NCBI GenBank assembly: GCA_019058245.1
Contig: JAHPZJ010000020.1
Coordinates: forward strand, 9,986-73,985
Reading direction: 5' to 3'
DNA from: Promethearchaeota archaeon
GTDB taxonomy: Archaea; Asgardarchaeota; Lokiarchaeia; Sigyniarchaeales; SOKP01
Length of the DNA: 64,000 bases
The notes beneath the pieces were generated by a model that saw nothing but the letters and a program-made list of their open reading frames with translations, was not told the DNA's origin and made no database searches. The position numbers and the translations under genes were made by a program. The stretch's first letter is position 1; each line of letters opens with the position of its first letter. Positions 57,562 to 64,000 of the stretch are shown here, piece by piece.

Positions 57562-59172
57562 ATGTTCAAATATCAAGTACTTATATTCTTAGCTATTTTA
57601 TTAACTGTTTCTTATAATTCACTTAGATCACAAATTCATAATAAAGAATTTGAGATCAATAAATATCTTAAATTAAAGCTTGAGAGCGGCAGAACAAATA
57701 TTTACGTGAAGGGACATATATTTCAACAATGTATGTACTTATTGCTCAATATTCCCGTTGATCGAATAGAAGAATATGATGAAATTGAATCTATTGATGA
57801 GGCTGCGGAATCATTAGATAGATCAATGGAAGGAGATCATCATAGGCCATTTAGAAGGATATCTCCTGAAGAGGAATTTCAAGGTCATTGTTCTAATATT
57901 CAAGCATGGGCAGAAAATGGTTATGATACAAGAATTTTGCATCGAAATCTTGCTTTTCCATTATTAAAGAGACTAAGTGAAGTTGGTGATCCTATAGCTA
58001 GAAAAGTATTTTCCGAGGAAATAGCTATTAGACTTGCCAGTAAGCATCCAACTGTTACTCAATATTTAACTCAAAATGGTTATTTAAAATATTTAAGTCC
58101 AGATGAGTTTGAGAGTATTCTCGATGATATAAATCCAAATGTTTTAAATGGACTAATTAACGAACTAAAGCGGTTATTTCAACAAAATCACCAAAGAAAT
58201 ATAATGATTCCAATTAATTACATAGTGAATCAACTAATTGGGAATTTTGGAATTGAACATATTTCTTTACTCACTTCTAAAATCCTAAAAAATATTCCAA
58301 GTAATTTTAGAGAAGTTTTCGTTAAAAATGTCTACTACATTTTAAGATCAAGAAATAATTTTCCATTGATTAAATATCTTAATAAACACTTTAAATATTT
58401 TGATGACTTTAAGTTTGACTATAATTTTATAAAATATGAGGACAAAATTGTAGGTATCTTTAGAAATAATGAGATATATTTAAATAACCAAAATATTCGA
58501 AAAATATCCGGATTAGATGTGATAAACGGAGAATTCGAAGATGTAAAAGAATTAGATTTAAGCAATAATCAAATAACTACTCTAGAAGGAATTGAGTTAT
58601 TTCCAAATATTCGCATACTAAAACTCAATAATAATAAACTAATTGAAATTGAAGGAGATGAGAATCTCAAAAATTTAGAAATGCTATACTTGAGAAATAA
58701 TCAAATAAAAGAAATTATAAATCTTGAGAAGTTTAGTAATCTAAATCTCATTGATTTATCTGACAATCCAACGATAATAAAAATTCCTGAAGTTCTAAAT
58801 AAATTAGGAAATTTGAAGACTGTTAGATTATGGAACTGTAATATTAAGAATTTTTCTAAGTCTACAGAGAAATTCTTTTGGATGAACCAAAACTATAGAT
58901 ATTTCACAGGTTATAATGAAAATGATAAAAGATTTTATGAAAGTAGATACAGAAGAGTAGCCTCATCTGATAATAAACTATATAAACATTTTGTAGAGTG
59001 GATACTAAAAATACAAAATCTAATGGATCAATATAAATTTTCTTATCAAGATATCAATCAATTTAATGAAGAAACCTCAAAAAATGCAATATGGTCGGGA
59101 AGAGTCACCAATGATTTTAAAAAATGGTTAGACGACAAAAAGTACCAAAAGAAAATTACGTTTTTTTTCTAA
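57562..59172 (+). CDS. Leucine-rich repeat protein with an N-terminal signal/anchor sequence
   Basis: The N-terminus reads MFKYQVLIFLAILLTVSY. About 5 LRRs of 22 aa are present (LDLSNNQITTLEGIELFPNIRILKLNNNKLIEIEGDENLKNLEMLYLRNNQIKEI...LIDLSDNP). Confidence 0.8.
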   Translation: MFKYQVLIFLAILLTVSYNSLRSQIHNKEFEINKYLKLKLESGRTNIYVKGHIFQQCMYLLLNIPVDRIEEYDEIESIDEAAESLDRSMEGDHHRPFRRISPEEEFQGHCSNIQAWAENGYDTRILHRNLAFPLLKRLSEVGDPIARKVFSEEIAIRLASKHPTVTQYLTQNGYLKYLSPDEFESILDDINPNVLNGLINELKRLFQQNHQRNIMIPINYIVNQLIGNFGIEHISLLTSKILKNIPSNFREVFVKNVYYILRSRNNFPLIKYLNKHFKYFDDFKFDYNFIKYEDKIVGIFRNNEIYLNNQNIRKISGLDVINGEFEDVKELDLSNNQITTLEGIELFPNIRILKLNNNKLIEIEGDENLKNLEMLYLRNNQIKEIINLEKFSNLNLIDLSDNPTIIKIPEVLNKLGNLKTVRLWNCNIKNFSKSTEKFFWMNQNYRYFTGYNENDKRFYESRYRRVASSDNKLYKHFVEWILKIQNLMDQYKFSYQDINQFNEETSKNAIWSGRVTNDFKKWLDDKKYQKKITFFF

Positions 59173-59267
59173 AAAAGTAATATTATAAGTGCTTATTGAC
59201 ATTCTTGTCAATATACAATGTATATTAAATCATTAAACTTTTTAAAAATATTGTTTTTACTTATATA

Positions 59268-60374
59268 ATGACAGAAGTTGATAATTATGAAATTGTAAGA
59301 CAAAAACTGCAAATTGGAAGAATATTTGCTCCTAAGCATAAAAAAATATATAAATTGATGAAGATCTTCTGGAATGAAGATGAAATTAAAATTCTTACAC
59401 ATTTTAAGAAAATTGGTGGAAAAGTCACATTAAAAGAATTGGAAGAGAAAACTGGTATTCCAGAACAAGAAATAGAAAAAATCCTAGAAAGATCAGTGAC
59501 AAATGGAACTATATTTAAGTCTAATTCTGATTATAGATTACTCCCTCTTTTACCCGGTGTATTTGAATTATATTTCATCAAACGCAAAGATACCGAAGAA
59601 AATCAAAAAAAAGCCGCAGAAATATATCGGTTTATTTTTAAAAATCGAGCACCAGATTTAGAGGATCCTAAGAGTATACGAAAAGGTTTCCGTCCTTTGC
59701 TTCCATATGACTCTGAGGAAAAACTAATAAAAGTCGATGAGTCTTTTGAGGTTGAGAATCAAGTTCTTCCATTTGAGGTTGTTAAAGATATGATTGATAA
59801 AAATGACACTTTTGGGGTAATACCTTGTCAATGTCGGTTGATTGGTGAATATACTGGCGAACCTTGTAAAGTCGCCCCTGCTGAAATGGGATGTTTTGTT
59901 GTTGGGGATTCAGCAAAACGGTGGATCTCTGAAGGTGCGGCAAGAAGCCTAACTAGAGAAGAAGCGATTGAGTTTATTAGAGAAACCGAGAAAAGAGGAC
60001 TTATCCATAATGCAGTCTCGGATACTAGTAAAAGTACAGCACGGTTTATTTGTAATTGTTGTAGTTGTCATTGTGGAGTGCTTCATCCAGCAAAATTATA
60101 TGGCTATAGGGGAGTTGTTGAAACTAATTTTGTTCCTGAATTTGATATGGATCTTTGCACTAAATGTGAAACATGTATGAATAAATGTCAAAGTAATGCA
60201 ATATATCATCTCTGGCCCAGTAAATCGGATTCATCAGACGAGGCAATGAAAGTTAGAGAAGAATTATGCGTGGGATGTGGAGTTTGTGCTGCGAATTGTC
60301 CTAATAATGCAATTAAATTGGTTAAAGTAAAAAATGAACATCCTACTAGATTACCATTAAGTTTCTTATTTTGA
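59268..60374 (+). CDS. 4Fe-4S dicluster domain protein with an additional Cys-rich domain and an N-terminal wHTH-like segment
   Basis: Two ferredoxin motifs are present (CTKCETCMNKCQSNAI and CVGCGVCAANCPNNAI), along with CQCRL...CNCCSCHCG. Confidence 0.75.
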   Translation: MTEVDNYEIVRQKLQIGRIFAPKHKKIYKLMKIFWNEDEIKILTHFKKIGGKVTLKELEEKTGIPEQEIEKILERSVTNGTIFKSNSDYRLLPLLPGVFELYFIKRKDTEENQKKAAEIYRFIFKNRAPDLEDPKSIRKGFRPLLPYDSEEKLIKVDESFEVENQVLPFEVVKDMIDKNDTFGVIPCQCRLIGEYTGEPCKVAPAEMGCFVVGDSAKRWISEGAARSLTREEAIEFIRETEKRGLIHNAVSDTSKSTARFICNCCSCHCGVLHPAKLYGYRGVVETNFVPEFDMDLCTKCETCMNKCQSNAIYHLWPSKSDSSDEAMKVREELCVGCGVCAANCPNNAIKLVKVKNEHPTRLPLSFLF

Positions 60375-60401
60375 ATTAAAATAAACAGAATAACTAGCTT
60401 G

Positions 60402-60414
60402 TTTTTTTTTTTTT
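60402..60414. terminator. T13 tract between convergent genes, candidate terminator
   Basis: A run of 13 T lies 28 nt after the stop codon of the plus-strand gene. It reads as A13 for the convergent nadA. Confidence 0.45.
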
Positions 60415-60435
60415 AATTTATCAAATAAGTTGAAA

Positions 60436-61389
60436 TTAAGAATAATTTAACATTTTATTAATTGGAATTAAGGCTTTTTTTGCTATATCAGAAGGAACCT
60501 TGACCTCAAAAGCTTGGTCATCAAGGTTCTTGAGGATATATTCAATAAGCTCGAGATTATGCTTTTTCATATTATAACAAATCAACTTGTCTTTAACTGA
60601 GTAAAAATTCTTGTTTTGAAAATCTTGAGTTAAGCGTACTCTGAAACCTTCCTCAGTGCCAATAAGAAACTTGTTTTCATCATTAGAACTATTTTTTACC
60701 CTATTATACATTTGTGCAGTTGACCCTACAAAATCTGCTAATTCTCTCACAGCTCTAATACATTCTGGATGAACAAGTAATTTTGTATGAGAGTATTTTT
60801 TTTTTGCTATTTCTATATCTTCTGGTCTAATTTGTGAGTGCACATAACAATGACCTTCTTCGGGCATTTTTATACATTTTATCCCAGATTTTTGTTCTGT
60901 ATAGTCAGCTAAATTTGCATCGGGACCGAATAAAACTGAGGAAACATTAAATTCTTGACTAATTTTTTCGACAATCATAATTGAATTTGATGAAGTGCAA
61001 CAAATATCAGATTCAGCTTTTACAGCTGCTGTTGAATTAACATATACAACAACAGGTAGATCTGGATATTTATTTCTAAATTCCCTAACCATTTCAGGTG
61101 TGAGATAAGCCGCCATAGGACAGCAAGATTCATAATTAGGGATTAAGATATGTTTATCTTGATTTACAATCGATGCAGTTTCAGCCATAAAATCAACCCC
61201 TGCGAATACTATATAATTATTTGCCTTCTTTTTTGCTGTACGAGATAAACCAAGTGAATCTCCTACATAATCCGCGATTTCTTGAATTTCTATTGGTTGA
61301 TAATAATGAGCTAGAATCGTTACATCATTTTCTTTCTTTAAGCCCAAAATATCTTCTTGTAATTGTATTGTATTCATATTAATAGTCAA
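60436..61389 (-). CDS. nadA: Quinolinate synthase
   Basis: ILAHYYQPIEIQEIADYVGDSLGLS, GVDFMAETASI, VVYVNSTAAVKAESDICCTSSN, LVHPEC and FLIGTEEG are present. Confidence 0.9.
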   Translation of the reverse strand: MTINMNTIQLQEDILGLKKENDVTILAHYYQPIEIQEIADYVGDSLGLSRTAKKKANNYIVFAGVDFMAETASIVNQDKHILIPNYESCCPMAAYLTPEMVREFRNKYPDLPVVVYVNSTAAVKAESDICCTSSNSIMIVEKISQEFNVSSVLFGPDANLADYTEQKSGIKCIKMPEEGHCYVHSQIRPEDIEIAKKKYSHTKLLVHPECIRAVRELADFVGSTAQMYNRVKNSSNDENKFLIGTEEGFRVRLTQDFQNKNFYSVKDKLICYNMKKHNLELIEYILKNLDDQAFEVKVPSDIAKKALIPINKMLNYS

Positions 61390-61480
61390 AAAAATAATTA
61401 CATGTAATATGAATAAAAGTTCAAATTAAAATAAGTTATTTTGTAATAAAAAAAAAAATAGAAAAAAAAAATTAATAAAG

Positions 61481-62347
61481 TTATATATTAAAGATTTCTC
61501 TAAATTTGTTCTGATCAACAATATTTGCCGCTAAGATATTAGCCATGGCGCTAATACCTGCTTGATGTCCTTGTTTGTTAAAACCAGCACAGAAATCACC
61601 ACAGACATAAACATTTTTAAATTTATGGATAACCATAAGCTCAAATGTTAAAAGAAAAACTTTTACATTGGTAATTACTCCAAAAACTCCAATTTTCACT
61701 TCTTTATGGGAACTCCCTGCATTTTTAATAACGGTCTCCAGTACATGTTCGAGATCTGTCTCATCGAAGGAACTAAGACTGTTTGAATTTAATATAACGT
61801 TAAATTCATGATGTTTTTGTATTAATTCATCCAAGGGGGATATAAATTTCGCTCCATAAGTACCTTTAATACAATGAGGTCCAAAAAGATCCATTTCACC
61901 CTTTTGTGATTCATCTGTTTGGTCATGCCAATCCCTTAGATGTATGCATTGATATTCAACTCCGCTCATCTCATTTAAATTGGATTCAGATGCTTTTATC
62001 ATTAAATCTCGTATAAATTGGGTTAGTTTATCTCCTTCCCATACTCTTCTAATCTCATCATAATCAACATGAACTCTATGCCTATAATGCTCTAGGATAT
62101 GATGATAAGATAAAGCTCCTCCAATCAATTCACTACTGGCATTATTCTTCAACCATGATATAAATTGATCGATATTTGCATCACTTACATTCCTATTCTG
62201 ATTTAAAAAATACTCCATCCATCTATTTGATACTTGATCATACCCTAATTTTAGCGTATCTTCTGATGTGGGGTGTATATTTAACGGTTCAATAAAGTCA
62301 TTCTGAACCGAACAAGTTATGATAATATTTAATTTTTTATTTTCCAA
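61481..62347 (-). CDS. Isochorismatase/nicotinamidase (PncA)-like protein with an insertion and an apparently substituted nucleophile
   Basis: It has IIITCSVQNDF (DxQNDF-type) and LRDWHD...FGPHCIKGTYGAKF (PncA-like HCxxGTxGA). The expected G-x-x-T-D-Y-C-V position reads GVITNVKV. It overlaps the upstream WD40 gene by 11 nt. Confidence 0.6.
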   Translation of the reverse strand: MENKKLNIIITCSVQNDFIEPLNIHPTSEDTLKLGYDQVSNRWMEYFLNQNRNVSDANIDQFISWLKNNASSELIGGALSYHHILEHYRHRVHVDYDEIRRVWEGDKLTQFIRDLMIKASESNLNEMSGVEYQCIHLRDWHDQTDESQKGEMDLFGPHCIKGTYGAKFISPLDELIQKHHEFNVILNSNSLSSFDETDLEHVLETVIKNAGSSHKEVKIGVFGVITNVKVFLLTFELMVIHKFKNVYVCGDFCAGFNKQGHQAGISAMANILAANIVDQNKFREIFNI

Positions 62348-64000
62348 ATTTTCTTCTCCTCCTTTTTCTCATTTTGTCATCTAATTCTTCTATATCAATC
62401 TCTCTTTTTTTTCCTCTACGAGATTGCACCATTATCATTATGAGAATAATTACAATCAAAATAATTGATGCAACATTCACGATTGATGAAATCATTTCAA
62501 GCATACTAGCATCAAGTTTCATAGATTCTAATCCAGTATAAATGATACCCCAAAAACTCAAAATAAATTCTATAATAATTATTTTAGTAAAGTATTCATC
62601 AATCATTTTACCTAGTTTTGATTTCAAACCTTTTCCTATTTGTATTTTTGTTTTTGGAGTTAATGGATAAATAAAATTCTTTCTAAATGCTTCAAAGATT
62701 TTAGAATCTTCTTCATCACTTGTTGTTGATTCTGAGGGTTCTAAAGTCTCGGTATATTCTACTGTTATTTTCCTTATAAAAATATTAGCAAAATTCTCAA
62801 CGCAATAACCTTCATCAATCTGAAAAGTACAATCGGCATAATAAATATACTCTGGCTCATTCATCTTTTTAAATTTCTTCAAAGAATATGTAGGATTTGT
62901 CAAAATTTGTAGGAAATTTTTTGAATAAGTGAAATCAGAAAAAACTAAAGTATCTTTATCTCCACGATCATCTTCGATATCTATGGAAATATTGTTTATT
63001 AAAGGAATAAAACTGGTTTGAACATTATTTAATACCATTAAAAACCGTATTTGTGTCTGAGAACGATCATCCAAAATGATGTAAGGTATTTCTCCAGTTT
63101 TTGCTGTGATTTCAACAAAATTGGAACCCTCAATCCTTTCATCCATCTCTGAGGTTGTAATATATAACTTAAAACCCCAAGGGATGTCTGGTAGTTTAAA
63201 TATAGAATTTTTTATACTGTGCCAATATGGATCATAATTTTGTTTTGTTCCTAACATATATTCCTTTTGGAATTTTAATTTTGGTTCATATTTCATAAAT
63301 AAAGGTATAAAGAGAGTACCAAGTTCACGCATATTATAATAGTCTATTTTTTGTTCAGTTTTCCCCTCTAACTCAATTTTTCGATTTCTGATTAGGCGTT
63401 TTTTTAAGATATTATATAAATTCTTGAGGGATTCTTCATTTTCTGGACTAGATTTAGAAATCTGCTTTAAATTGTTTCCATAAATCTTTCGATATAACTC
63501 AGGATCTCTTAGTTTAATAAATTTTAATTGTTGAATAAAATGCCATACGCTACCAAAATTACGCAGAATAATAATTTTATTATACTTCGAGATAATGATA
63601 TAACGATTATCAGGTGTTATTTTGATATTCCTTACAAAATCTAATCCCTTTACTTTAACAACTTGACTAAAAACACTTTTGTTTTTTTCATATTCTTCAA
63701 AGTAATGATGCATATCGATACTTCTTATCCAATTAAAATTGGCTAAATCCCAAATTCTAATGGTATTATCTTTAGAAGCAGAAATTAAATAATTATTATC
63801 AGTCTGAACATCAATTGATAAAACAGACTCAGTATGTCCAAGAAGATCTATCTTTTTATGATATTTATTAGTATAATCTTGTTGCCAGATAGTTATTTTT
63901 GTGTCATTAGATGATGATGCAATCATTTTACCATTATTGATGATACTTATATCTGTTACCGCACCATCATGCTCACCAATCAATATTGACTCTTTATTTA
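62337..64000 (-). CDS. WD40-repeat protein with an uncharacterised central domain and C-terminal TM helices; the 5' end is outside the window
   Basis: WD repeats are present (HDGAVTDISI...SSSNDTKITIWQ and GHTESVLSIDV...SASKDNTIRIWDL). The frame stays open to nt 64000. The C-terminal helices read IIIEFILSFWGIIYTGL and VASIILIVIILIMIMV, followed by a basic tail. Confidence 0.8.
   Translation of the reverse strand, partial: NKESILIGEHDGAVTDISIINNGKMIASSSNDTKITIWQQDYTNKYHKKIDLLGHTESVLSIDVQTDNNYLISASKDNTIRIWDLANFNWIRSIDMHHYFEEYEKNKSVFSQVVKVKGLDFVRNIKITPDNRYIIISKYNKIIILRNFGSVWHFIQQLKFIKLRDPELYRKIYGNNLKQISKSSPENEESLKNLYNILKKRLIRNRKIELEGKTEQKIDYYNMRELGTLFIPLFMKYEPKLKFQKEYMLGTKQNYDPYWHSIKNSIFKLPDIPWGFKLYITTSEMDERIEGSNFVEITAKTGEIPYIILDDRSQTQIRFLMVLNNVQTSFIPLINNISIDIEDDRGDKDTLVFSDFTYSKNFLQILTNPTYSLKKFKKMNEPEYIYYADCTFQIDEGYCVENFANIFIRKITVEYTETLEPSESTTSDEEDSKIFEAFRKNFIYPLTPKTKIQIGKGLKSKLGKMIDEYFTKIIIIEFILSFWGIIYTGLESMKLDASMLEMISSIVNVASIILIVIILIMIMVQSRRGKKREIDIEELDDKMRKRRRRKFGK

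Noticed and set aside
6137-60180. Remaining short (61-79 aa) track ORFs: 6137-6346, 10376-10570, 11019-11204, 13673-13870, 14024-14218, 15564-15797, 16031-16219, 18944-19180, 21371-21598, 23173-23361, 25755-25943, 26505-26696, 32598-32801, 32723-32923, 34593-34820, 35329-35550, 43490-43729, 47197-47400, 47979-48170, 49187-49423, 52150-52344, 53143-53349, 59208-59402, 59968-60180
   Set aside because: Almost all lie inside or antisense to longer ORFs with recognisable motifs; 59208-59402 and 53143-53349 only partly overlap the 5' ends of such genes. All have the biased composition expected of spurious frames in AT-rich DNA.
1-64000. tRNA, rRNA, CRISPR arrays, transposases, integrases and prophage genes
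   Set aside because: I scanned the intergenic regions for GC-rich structured islands and for regularly spaced direct repeats and found none. No ORF has transposase, integrase or capsid-like motifs. A covariance-model scan would be needed to fully exclude small RNAs.

Overview
The window is strongly AT-rich (about 30% G+C by eye) and densely coding on both strands. I interpret it as chromosomal DNA of an Asgard (Lokiarchaeia-like) archaeon. That assignment is an inference from gene content and has not been checked by a database search.

Ordinary housekeeping genes:
- guaB, purH, folD and nadA
- a tRNA-splicing endonuclease
- a ThrC-like PLP enzyme
- ABC, ECF, ZIP and APC transporters
- a PAS histidine kinase
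- a Sir2 deacetylase
- an archaeal PIN-PilT-KH ATPase

Eukaryote-signature-like proteins interleaved with them:
- two Rab/Ras-like small GTPases, one ending in a CaaX-like CVVV box and one with a long coiled-coil tail
- an actin-family protein carrying a double zinc-ribbon insertion
- two longin/roadblock-like small proteins
- a divergent DRG/TGS GTPase
- a ubiquitin-like ORF ending in GG-F that the ORF track misses
- LRR and WD40 proteins
- long coiled-coil proteins, one of them membrane-anchored
- a 908-aa HEAT plus multi-winged-helix protein

Other notable items:
- A SIR2_2-TPR protein has the architecture of defence-associated sirtuins, plus a Q/M-rich and polylysine tail.
- A nicotinamidase-like protein has apparently lost its nucleophile. 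It sits next to nadA.
- A ZIP-ZIP-DtxR metal module is present as a tandem duplication.

Three genes (the first ZIP paralog, the coiled-coil GTPase and the ubiquitin-like ORF) have conserved N-termini lying upstream of any in-frame ATG/GTG/TTG. This points to ATT/ATA initiation, to 1-nt indels, or to slippage.

I found no rRNA, tRNA, CRISPR array, transposase or integrase. All functional calls rest on motifs read by eye from the translations, and none is confirmed by a search.
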